NCBI GenBank assembly: GCA_023920165.1
Contig: CP089275.1
Coordinates: 682,001 to 746,000 of the forward strand
Direction of reading: 5' to 3'
Source of the DNA: Curvularia clavata
Taxonomy: Eukaryota
DNA: 64,000 nucleotides
Made by a program: the position numbers and the translations under genes. Below the pieces are notes generated by a model. That model saw only the letters and a list, made by a program, of their open reading frames with translations. It did no database searches and had not been told where the DNA came from. Positions 25,984 to 35,133 of this stretch are shown piece after piece. Positions within the stretch are counted from its first letter, which is position 1. Each line of letters opens with the position of its first letter.

Positions 25984-26404
25984 TTACCTAGCCTAGATTC
26001 CGGGTTAGGGCGAGGCCAGTTTCTATGAAGTATACCGTGAGGTAGTTGTCTGGCGATTCGGTGGTAGGGATTAACGGAAGATAGACAAAACCAATCCTAT
26101 TGGAAGATAGAATAACTAGTATCAATCTGAGTATGAAAGGTAACTATGAAAGATACTTTGCTGAGTTGACCACAACGAGTGTAATAATGAAATCCAACAC
26201 ATTCTTATACCCATTGCTTCCGGTCCTGTCCTCACTGTCCTCACGGAATAACCCCTGTGTTCTCTGAAGTCCCTGAAGTCACTTTGGTCACGTGTGAGCG
26301 TGTCCTCACATACTAGCGTGGTTTCCCGGTCTTGGCCTGAGGCCAGTCATGTGATCGCCCTTCCGCGGGGATCATTACCTTCTGACGTGTCGCCCAATGG
26401 TCTC

Positions 26405-27574
26405 CTACCTGCGGCCATCGTCAAGGAGAGATCCTTCTTTGTTACTTGTAACATTATCCCCCCTCTTAGGGTTATCGTCCCGATACCCTGGATTATCGTT
26501 TTCCCGTGCGTCGCTTGGCGCTGGTGGCTTGGATAAGTATCGAGGTATGCCCGTTGTGTCGTAGGCGCTTCTTCCTTCATGCCTTCCTAACCATGCCCAA
26601 GGTTCAACCAACTCGTCGTGTCCGTAACCAGAATTCGACTCTTCAGCGTCGGGCCCGCGCTGACCGTATAAGGGAACAAGGCCGCGAGATGACTTTTCGG
26701 TGTAAACGTTGTGAAGAGAAGAATCTTCGTTGTTTCGTGGACACAGCATCTGGTCGCTGCGCTGGTTGTATTTCGGTTTCCGCTGAGTGTAGCCTTTTTG
26801 TTTCTGAGGAAGAGTGGGAGAAGGTCGAGGCTGAGAAGCGGCAAAAGCGTCTCGAGATTGCTCGTGCTGAGGAGCGCCAGCTTCAGGCTGCGATGGAGAC
26901 TGCGCGACTTCGGCGCGAGCTCCTAGAGGTTGAGGCGCGAGAGCGAGAATTTGCTGATCGAGATCATGCCATCTTGAGCCTTCAGGATCGTGCGCAAGAG
27001 CAGGCCGAGGGGAGCTCCGCCCCTGGTACGGACCATCCGACAACCGAACCATCGCTACCCGGACTGTCGACTGACTTGGGCTGGTTACAGGCTGACGTTT
27101 CTTACGACCCTTTTTCACTTGATTATTTCCTTTCCCTCGAGGGTCCGTCCCTCGCTTCCGTGGATGTTTCCGATGGTACTCGCGTACCAGTGACCTGCAG
27201 TTCGTCAAGTTTCCTTCAGGTTCCCAAGTGTTGTGGCTATCTGGCCATCCTTCCCACCTGACCAAGTACTTCCACTGACCGCCTATTTTCTGTAGGTCCT
27301 TGATTTCTTCGACCGTATATTCGTCGTCCTCGAGCTCGATATCGTCCATTAGCTCGGCTTCTGGGGGTGCAGGTTCTAGCAGTTTCTTGTGAAAAACGTT
27401 GTGTATGCGCATGCCTGGTGGTAGCCGTAGTTTATAGTTTACGGGTCCCATTTTCTCTAGGATTTCGAATGGTCCTAATCGGAGATTGTCCAATTTCTTG
27501 CTTGGTCGTTTAGTTTTCAAGTTTTGTCGTGACAAGAAAACTCTGTCCCCCTTTTTTAAAGGTTGGTCCCTCAA
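26405..27574 (-). CDS. Pol C-terminus (integrase GPY/F region, chromodomain, long tail), offset by one base from the main pol frame
   Basis: GPFEILEK, IHNVFHKKLL, EYTVEEI...YLVRWEGWPDSHNTWEP. Confidence 0.85.
   Translation of the reverse strand: MRDQPLKKGDRVFLSRQNLKTKRPSKKLDNLRLGPFEILEKMGPVNYKLRLPPGMRIHNVFHKKLLEPAPPEAELMDDIELEDDEYTVEEIKDLQKIGGQWKYLVRWEGWPDSHNTWEPEGNLTNCRSLVREYHRKHPRKRGTDPRGKGNNQVKKGRKKRQPVTSPSQSTVRVAMVRLSDGPYQGRSSPRPALAHDPEGSRWHDLDQQILALAPQPLGARAEVAQSPSQPEAGAPQHEQSRDAFAASQPRPSPTLPQKQKGYTQRKPKYNQRSDQMLCPRNNEDSSLHNVYTEKSSRGLVPLYGQRGPDAEESNSGYGHDELVEPWAWLGRHEGRSAYDTTGIPRYLSKPPAPSDARENDNPGYRDDNPKRGDNVTSNKEGSLLDDGRR
26593..27261 (+). CDS. Antisense accessory ORF of Gypsy A: Zn2Cys6-like cluster plus coiled coil
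   Basis: CKRCEEKNLRCFVDTASGRCAGCISVSAEC = C-x2-C-x6-C-x8-C-x2-C-x6-C, followed by an E/R/K/Q-rich helix; homologue in the second copy. Confidence 0.75.
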   Translation: MPKVQPTRRVRNQNSTLQRRARADRIREQGREMTFRCKRCEEKNLRCFVDTASGRCAGCISVSAECSLFVSEEEWEKVEAEKRQKRLEIARAEERQLQAAMETARLRRELLEVEAREREFADRDHAILSLQDRAQEQAEGSSAPGTDHPTTEPSLPGLSTDLGWLQADVSYDPFSLDYFLSLEGPSLASVDVSDGTRVPVTCSSSSFLQVPKCCGYLAILPT

Positions 27575-30500
27575 TCCTTAGCTTATTCGCAGCTTTGGAC
27601 GTCGTGAGGTTCCTATGAGCGATGTTCCTGCTCAATTCTTTATGCAATTCGCGCATTAGTCGGGCTTTATCGTCTGCTCCGACTGCGATACTTTCAATAT
27701 CCTTTGGATCTCGATGAGCAACCGGCTCATATCCGTAGTTCGCGTAGTGTGGCGAGTACTTCGTTGTCGCCGATCTTGAACTATTGTAAGCCAATTGTGC
27801 TGTCGGCAAGAGTTCAACCCAGTTGTCCTGCAGCTTGTTGGCGTAAAATCGCAGATACTGTTCTAGCGTTTGGTTTGTTCGTTCCGTTTGTCCGTCGGTT
27901 TCTGGGTGGAAGCTAGTCGATAGCTTCTTCTTAACTCCCAGTTTTGCTAAGAACGTTGACCAGTATTTCGATGTGAACAGCTTATCTCTGTCCGTTATGA
28001 ATTCTTCGGGCATCCCGTGCTCTGATATTAGTGCTTTGGAAACTTCGTACGCGCATTCCTCTGCCGTAATTGTTTCTTCTGTGGGCACAAACTTTGCCCC
28101 TTTGGTCTGTCGACACATTATGACCAAAATGGTGTCGCAGAGTCGAGCCGATCCTGGCTCTAACGATTTCGGGAGCTTCACTATGAAGTCCATCGTTACG
28201 CTGCTCCATGGTCGCGTTGGTGGCGGTAAGGGTTGTAACAGGCCATAGGGCTTATGTCTTTTGGGCTTGTTCTGGTGACATGCCACACAGTTGCCTACAA
28301 CTTCCTGCACCTGCGCCCTCAAGCGCGGCATATAAAACGCCTTATTCAGTCGCCTGACCATTTCGTCGATGCTTGCATGTCCGTATTCTCGTGACTCATG
28401 CAGTTCTTTGATGAGATCTTTTCTCATGTGCGTGGGTACGTAGGGTCGACTCTCGTTCCGCGGCTCACCTTTGTTCTGTAGCCCGTTGAGTTCCTTTTGT
28501 CCGTCCAATGGTACCCATTCATTCGCTTTTTGTTGCCATTGCTGTTGCAACGTTTCCACTTGCTCGGCTATCTTGGCTAATCTAGCCAGATCCGGCTGGT
28601 TGTACCTCAAGCTGCCGTCGGGCATTCTCTTGAGTACTGCGTCGTGTGGCTCTTTGTGGCCTTTTCCGCGTAAATCGGATCTTCGGCTCAGAGCATCCGC
28701 GGCTCCGTTGAGCGATCCTGCTCGATGCGTGATTTTGAAGTCAAACTGAGCTAACATCTCAGCATATCGGACTTGTCTTCGGTTGAGTTTCTTCGTTGTC
28801 ATAAAACTCGTGAGGTTCTGATGATCGGTAAAAACCTCGATCGTGTGTGGAAGTCCTAACAGGTATACTTCCCATTGTTCAAAGGCATCGACTACTCCAA
28901 GTAGTTCCTTATCGTGAACATCGTAGTTCAACTCTGCTTCGTCGAACTTTCTGGAATGGTAGAACACGGGTCTCCATTTCCCATCTGGGCACTGCTGTGA
29001 CAATACAGCTCCGAGTGCGTAATCAGACGCGTCAGTCTCGAGTCTGGTTGGTCGTTGAGGATCGTACATCTCTAGTACGGGTGCCTCTAGGAACGTCTGC
29101 TTGAGCTTGTCGAAAGCTTTCTGTTGTTCCTGTTTCCATCTGAAACCTACTTCCTTCTTCGTGATCTCCGTAAGGGGTGCTGTGATCTTCGAATAATCTT
29201 TTATGAACTTCCGGTAGTAGTTCGCTAGCCCTAGGAAGGACTGAACATCCTTAACTGTTTTGGGCGTTTTCCAATCCCGTACAGCCTGTACCTTTTTTGG
29301 GTTCATTTTCACTCCTTCGGTCGAGATGATGAATCCGAGGAATTCCGTTTCCTGCGTGTGGAATTCGCATTTCCCTGGCTGCAGATATAGCTTGTATTCC
29401 TTGAGCTTTCTGAGCACTTTCTTGACATGTTCGATGTGTTCTTCGAGCGTTCCCTTGGAGTACACTAGTACATCGTCCAAGTAAGCTGTTGCGAAGACAC
29501 CAAGGTATTCGTGGAGAGCGTTGTTGATGACTGATTGAAAGGTCGCCGGCGCATTCGTTAGGCCGAACGGCATGACCGTATACTCGAACAGTCCATACTT
29601 CGTCTTGAACGCTGTTTTCCATTCGTCTCCTTCCTTGATCCTGATCCGATAAAATCCTTCTCGGACATCGAACTTCGTGAACCACTTGGCTCCCTGGAGT
29701 CGATCCATGAGCTCTGTTATGAGTGGTAGTGGGTACCGATTCTTTCGGGTTACCGCGTTCAACCTTCGGTAATCGACACATAGTCGCCATTTTCCGTTAG
29801 GTTTCTTTACGAACAATATGGGTGAGGCCATCGGGCCTGACCCCGGTCTGATGAATCCTTTCTTAAGATTCTTCCGGAGGTATTCCTTGAGCTCGGCGTC
29901 GTGCTCGGGCGATATAGGATACATGCCTCCTGGCGTCAACTTTGCTCCATCCTCGAGGATGATCTCGTGATCCCAATCCTGATGTTCTGCTAAGTCTGTT
30001 GCCTCGTTTTCTTCGAATAGTTCCTTGAACTCATTCGTTCTGTATTCTTTAGGAATGTCCAACAATACGTCTTTGGGCTTTTCCTGGGGTAAGGGTCTGT
30101 CCTTCTTGGGCACGACTCGTCTTAACCAAATGACTCCTACTTGCTGAGGGTCCTTCGCATAGATTCTCGCGATCTTATGCGGTGAGATCTTGCCGAATCT
30201 CCCATCCCGGGTTGTGCACTGATTCGTCGGGCGTATCTCATGTCGTACTCCAGCAACCCTTTTCGCAGGTTCTCGGCTGAGTATCGTTCTGTTTCGCCAG
30301 TCGATGGCGGGGTTATGGGCATCCAGCCAGTCATAACCGATCAATAGATCCGTTTCTCCTAGATCCATAATGCTAATGCTCATTTGACTCTTGGTATCGG
30401 ACACCTCCAGTGTCACCAGTTCTGTCTCGAGCCTTATCGTGCCTTTGCCGTATGCTACGGGCGTTTCTTCGGCCGATATTACCTGTAGCGGACGCTTCTT

Positions 30501-30716
30501 GCTCCGGTATGGTATTTCGTACTTCTCTACCACTCGGGGTGAGATCATTGTTCGTGCGGCACCGCTGTCTACGATTGCCTGTAATTTGTGTCCCTGTACA
30601 TACACGGTCGTTACCAATTCCTTTGGGCGATCATCGGTGTAATGTACTCGTCTTAGGGTCGTTTTAGGACTGCCTTTACCAGCGTGACCCTGTCCCTGGT
30701 GGCATCCTAGTTTTTT
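27510..30716 (-). CDS. pol: Gypsy pol (protease, RT, RNase H, integrase), expressed by -1 frameshift from gag
   Basis: IVDSGA protease, YLDD RT, ETDASD RNase H, H..H..C..C zinc finger and D,D,E integrase motifs. Confidence 0.95.
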   Translation of the reverse strand, partial: KKLGCHQGQGHAGKGSPKTTLRRVHYTDDRPKELVTTVYVQGHKLQAIVDSGAARTMISPRVVEKYEIPYRSKKRPLQVISAEETPVAYGKGTIRLETELVTLEVSDTKSQMSISIMDLGETDLLIGYDWLDAHNPAIDWRNRTILSREPAKRVAGVRHEIRPTNQCTTRDGRFGKISPHKIARIYAKDPQQVGVIWLRRVVPKKDRPLPQEKPKDVLLDIPKEYRTNEFKELFEENEATDLAEHQDWDHEIILEDGAKLTPGGMYPISPEHDAELKEYLRKNLKKGFIRPGSGPMASPILFVKKPNGKWRLCVDYRRLNAVTRKNRYPLPLITELMDRLQGAKWFTKFDVREGFYRIRIKEGDEWKTAFKTKYGLFEYTVMPFGLTNAPATFQSVINNALHEYLGVFATAYLDDVLVYSKGTLEEHIEHVKKVLRKLKEYKLYLQPGKCEFHTQETEFLGFIISTEGVKMNPKKVQAVRDWKTPKTVKDVQSFLGLANYYRKFIKDYSKITAPLTEITKKEVGFRWKQEQQKAFDKLKQTFLEAPVLEMYDPQRPTRLETDASDYALGAVLSQQCPDGKWRPVFYHSRKFDEAELNYDVHDKELLGVVDAFEQWEVYLLGLPHTIEVFTDHQNLTSFMTTKKLNRRQVRYAEMLAQFDFKITHRAGSLNGAADALSRRSDLRGKGHKEPHDAVLKRMPDGSLRYNQPDLARLAKIAEQVETLQQQWQQKANEWVPLDGQKELNGLQNKGEPRNESRPYVPTHMRKDLIKELHESREYGHASIDEMVRRLNKAFYMPRLRAQVQEVVGNCVACHQNKPKRHKPYGLLQPLPPPTRPWSSVTMDFIVKLPKSLEPGSARLCDTILVIMCRQTKGAKFVPTEETITAEECAYEVSKALISEHGMPEEFITDRDKLFTSKYWSTFLAKLGVKKKLSTSFHPETDGQTERTNQTLEQYLRFYANKLQDNWVELLPTAQLAYNSSRSATTKYSPHYANYGYEPVAHRDPKDIESIAVGADDKARLMRELHKELSRNIAHRNLTTSKAANKLRIEGPTFKKGGQSFLVTTKLEN

Positions 30717-32797
30717 GACGGTCCCCTGGACCCAAGCTTCTTTCCCTTTCTTTTCCGCGGAAAGTAGCCATGGTTCTGTTTTGCGTCCAGGTGGATTCTG
30801 CAGTTGTCGTCTGTGCAGAAGGTCCAGTGTTCGTTTGGGTGGGGGATCATTTCTTCCAGCGTCTCTGGCAGGTTGATCTCCTTTGTCCCGTGCATCCTGC
30901 ACTTGATCGTCCGGCATTCCTTAGCCGCGATCGTGCCGTGCAGATGGTGATCTGCATGTCTTGCCGCGATTCTCTGTTCTCGGTGGAATCGGCATTTCTC
31001 TATGCAGTTGATCCAGCAGAGCTGCTCGTGAGCTCGTTGATGTTCTTCCTTGTGGATGTGGCAATCCAGCATGGGGCAGTCGTTTGCCCATAGATGCTTG
31101 TGATTAGGATCATGCTCGTCCAACTTGCATTGTTCTTTAGCATCTGAGTGGAACATACAAAACCTCCTTTTGCATTCGTTCCAGGCGATCATTTCGTGAT
31201 CGTCGTGTTGCTTCCATGGTGCGTGGATGGTGCAATCCAATACCTTGCATGCTTCACTTCTTAAGTGTGCGTGGCAACATTCTTCTGCGTCGTACTGGGA
31301 CAGTCTCGATTCTTCGGCATGGAACTCGCAGTAGTCTATACTGTCGCATTCGATCCAGTGCAGCTTTCTATGTTCGTCTTCGCGGTCGTTTTCTGGTTCC
31401 GGTAGCTCGTCCTTAAAGTACGGTTGTTCCTGGGCTGCCTGGGCAAGTACTTCCCTGGCCATCGGCCCTGTGACTGCAATTCTTCTTCCTCGAAGTGGGC
31501 AGCCATTGCCGTGGTGTGCTGGGTCTCCGCACATCCAGCATAAGTTTTGTGCGATCCGACGCTGGGCATCTGTGTCCTTCACGATCCAGTCGGATGGCTG
31601 TGGTGGTTCCCATTTCATGTGTTTGTCCGCTCTGACGAGCTCCGGGACAATCACATAATCCGTGTTCTCAGCTAGACGTGCTTCGTCGTAGAGGTCTAGA
31701 TCGCTGAGGTCGTCGTCGGAGGGTAGTGTAGATGGCTGTGACTTCAGCATCCTGATCTTTACTACTGCCTGCTTGACTTCGTTCTTCGGGCAGTCTCTGT
31801 GGAAGTGTCCTACTTCGCCGCATCGGAGACATGCCTTGTTGTCATAACGCTTCTGGCGTTCTTCCTTGGAAAGGCCGTCCTGGCCCTTTCCTCGGGGTTT
31901 CTTGTCTCTGGTCTTTTCTTGTACTTTTCCCGTCATGATTGTATCGCCGTCCTTGTCTCGGTTGTTGCGTTGTTTCTTGGTGTTAGCCATGTTGGGTCGA
32001 AATTGCCGTTTCTTTTGTTCGTTTCGTTCCCAGATCCTATTGTCGATTCGCGTGGCCAGCTCAATCAGAGCTTGTAACGTTTCTGGCTTATCATGGTGTA
32101 CTAGACCGTCTTTGACAATTTCCTTCAGACCGTCTTCGAATACCGTTCGAAGAGCTGCGTCGTCCCAATCAATTCGCGCTTGTAGCTGCTTAAACTCAGC
32201 TGTGTAAGCCGAAACGGACGTGGTCTGCTTCAGGCGTGTGATCGCTTTCTCTGCTTGGTTCTTGGCGTCGACCTCTCCGAAGACACGTCCCATTTCATCC
32301 TTGAAGTTGTTCCAACTTGCGAATAGGGCCTTGGTTTCTTCCTTGGTCCCTTTGGTCTTTATTGACGATAGGTAGTCCTCCACATATGGTTGGACCCAGT
32401 TAGCCGCTTTTCCTTTCATATGCGTACTGGCCATGAGGATCTTTTCCTGATCACTAGGTACCTCGTTGAATTCGCAGTATAGGTCGATGGTGGTGAGGAA
32501 CGTTCGTAGGTCGTTACGGTTTCCGTCATACTTTTCGGGAGTTGCCATCTTAGGTTTCTTGACAACCTTTTCGTTTGGCGTAGCCATCAGCTGACTCATA
32601 AGCTGATTAACCATATTCTGCATTTCGATCATCTGCTGTGCCTGAGCCTGGTGCTCGCGTCTGAGATTGGCAAGTTCCCACTCAGGAGTCCCTGGGGCAT
32701 GCTCGTTGCCCACTCCCTGGGTGCTTCCGGCCATGTTGATGTCCTGTGCGGGAGCCGGTCCCTGGACGTTGACATACTCGTTGGAGTTGCGTGACAT
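30707..32797 (-). CDS. gag: Gypsy gag (696 aa) with two CCHC knuckles and seven His/Cys repeats
   Basis: PEKYDG capsid start, CLRCGEVGHFHRDC, CWMCGDPAHHGNGC; ends in A-AAA-AAC-TAG. Confidence 0.93.
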   Translation of the reverse strand: MSRNSNEYVNVQGPAPAQDINMAGSTQGVGNEHAPGTPEWELANLRREHQAQAQQMIEMQNMVNQLMSQLMATPNEKVVKKPKMATPEKYDGNRNDLRTFLTTIDLYCEFNEVPSDQEKILMASTHMKGKAANWVQPYVEDYLSSIKTKGTKEETKALFASWNNFKDEMGRVFGEVDAKNQAEKAITRLKQTTSVSAYTAEFKQLQARIDWDDAALRTVFEDGLKEIVKDGLVHHDKPETLQALIELATRIDNRIWERNEQKKRQFRPNMANTKKQRNNRDKDGDTIMTGKVQEKTRDKKPRGKGQDGLSKEERQKRYDNKACLRCGEVGHFHRDCPKNEVKQAVVKIRMLKSQPSTLPSDDDLSDLDLYDEARLAENTDYVIVPELVRADKHMKWEPPQPSDWIVKDTDAQRRIAQNLCWMCGDPAHHGNGCPLRGRRIAVTGPMAREVLAQAAQEQPYFKDELPEPENDREDEHRKLHWIECDSIDYCEFHAEESRLSQYDAEECCHAHLRSEACKVLDCTIHAPWKQHDDHEMIAWNECKRRFCMFHSDAKEQCKLDEHDPNHKHLWANDCPMLDCHIHKEEHQRAHEQLCWINCIEKCRFHREQRIAARHADHHLHGTIAAKECRTIKCRMHGTKEINLPETLEEMIPHPNEHWTFCTDDNCRIHLDAKQNHGYFPRKRKGKKLGSRGPSKN

Positions 32798-35133
32798 GGT
32801 GATATCTCAATCGGACGCTTGGTGTTAAACCGCTTACCGAATCCGTGGGTGGTCAAAGTGTTACACGGGGTCCTACTGGTTAGTTGGGAATATACTTACC
32901 TAGCCTAGATTCCGGGTTAGGGCGAGGCCAGTTTCTATGAAGTATACCGTGAGGTAGTTGTCTGGCGATTCGGTGGTAGGGATTAACGGAAGATAGACAA
33001 AACCAATCCTATTGGAAGATAGAATAACTAGTATCAATCTGAGTATGAAAGGTAACTATGAAAGATACTTTGCTGAGTTGACCACAACGAGTGTAATAAT
33101 GAAATCCAACACATTCTTATACCCATTGCTTCCGGTCCTGTCCTCACTGTCCTCACGGAATAACCCCTGTGTTCTCTGAAGTCCCTGAAGTCACTTTGGT
33201 CACGTGTGAGCGTGTCCTCACATACTAGCGTGGTTTCCCGGTCTTGGCCTGAGGCCAGTCATGTGATCGCCCTTCCGCGGGGATCATTACCTTCTGACGT
33301 GTCGCCCAATGGTCTCCTACCTGCGGCCATCGTCAAGGAGAGATCCTTCTTTGTTACTTGTAACAATCACTACGCACCCTAAAGTCCTAGAGAGCAGTTA
33401 AGCGCGCCCTATCTTTAACTGTTAAGGTCCCCTTTATCTAAACCCGCTTTCTTTTATGCAATTTTCGTCGCGTAGCGGCTGCATTAGCTGCTTTAAACTT
33501 ACTAATCTGTTTTTGTGCCAATACTAGCTTATGCGCGATAACAGCTGCCCCCTTTAAGACTTTTTTAAAAGTCTCCACTATAGACGTTGGTGAGCTGTCT
33601 AGGTGCCTCTAAATCCTCTACTTCACTAGCGTCGATTGCGACCCTATTTCAAGGGTATTCCTCAGGGTTTGCGACAGCTAGAGCTAGGTATTAACAGGTA
33701 GGGGTAATAGAGTGCGCAACTAGATATTAAGGGCGGATATAACCCATTCTAGATTAAATAGAACTAATCTAGCGCCTCAAAACTCTTCTTAGATATTGCT
33801 AGCTATAAATAATACGTTAAAAGCCCGCCTAAAGCAAGGTAGAAACTCTTGTTTAGTGATGTAGTTGATCTAGGTGCGTATAAGCAATTCGACTTGGCGC
33901 CTATAGGCCTGCTTTAAAGAGGTAAAATAGCCTATATTAAGCGGCTATAAGAGGTGAGACGAGTGTAGAGACATGCAAAGAGTAACAATTTTATTATCTT
34001 TACAGTATTTTTAGAAATCTAGCGAGTTGTAGCTTTTATAGCCGTTAATAAAGAGTAGACGGTAGGTATCTACCACCTTCTTCTTTATATGCTCATTAAA
34101 GTGCTTTAGCCACGCAAGACCAAGCTCATTAGTTGTCCAGCCGTTCTTAGAGACTCTAATAACCCAGTTCTAGGGTATATCTCTATCTTTATACCAGCTT
34201 AAGAGGTAGTGGCGCGCCTTAAGTATAATAAAGGGCGGAATCGTCTACCCGGTCGCATTGATGCCCTAGATAACCGTCGCCCACTCTCTATTACCAGGCT
34301 GGATAGTCTTTGGCCGTCCACGTCTCTCTAAAGCTATAATAACTGCTCTAGGGGTAATCTAGCCTATTATAAAGCCTGTCTCGTTAAAGTTGTACGTGTT
34401 GTTATCTTGGATACTATACTTAGCTTTTATATTAGCTACTAGACCAAACCAGTCTTAAATAGCCTTAGGATTTTTATAGAGTGCTCTCTTATAGTTATAC
34501 TTGCGATTAAACTTTATTTTAAACTTAGGGCGGCGCTTAACGAACGTGCTAGGCTAGTTTTGGCCAACCTGGCCTAAATTGCGCTTAGCGCGCAAAGAAT
34601 TGGCTATATTAGCCACATCTGCGAGCCTAGGGGGAAATCCACGTGAACTAAGATTAAGAATATGCTTAATAACCACCTCCTTCTTAAGCTTAGTTAGATT
34701 CATTATTTTAGGCCTGCGATCTGCTTGTAAATCCCGTCTATCGCGTCTTTAACGTAGTGTTATTCGAGAGACGTTATAAAGAGCTACAGCGCGTCGTTCT
34801 AAGAGATTCGCGTCCTGTTTAAGAGCTTGAAGAGCAAGCTATATTTAACATTCACTAGAAGGCTGTAACTGCTATTATTGTTGTAACATTTGTGGGTAGT
34901 AGGTATTTTGGTGGGGTCTTGGCAAAAGTGGACCGCGAACCCGTGTGGACCGCGAACCCGTGAGGTACGTTAACACTAAGTTCTTTATAAAATATAAGTG
35001 CTAGCCCTTTTATAAAGCAACTACTATCTATTTCTTTAACTCTCGTAATATATATCAGTACTTCTAGATACACATCCTTATCGGCGACTAATTTTAAGTT
35101 CTTATTGGCGATATCAAGAGTAAGCTTCCTTAT

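Larger units (their letters stand above)
25435..33365 (-). mobile_element. Ty3/Gypsy chromovirus family A, near-intact copy
   Basis: 507-bp LTRs (5' LTR 32859-33365; 3' LTR 25435-26453 with insert), TSD ATCAC, polypurine tract next to 26454, gag and PR-RT-RH-IN-chromodomain. Confidence 0.96.
25190..34970 (-). mobile_element. pogo/Fot1 (Tc1-mariner) DNA transposon, RIP-inactivated, interrupted by Gypsy A
   Basis: TIRs ACGTACCTCACGGGTTCGCGGTCCAC at both ends, TA TSD (25188-89, 34971-72); degenerate transposase on minus strand about 33371-34890. Confidence 0.9.
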
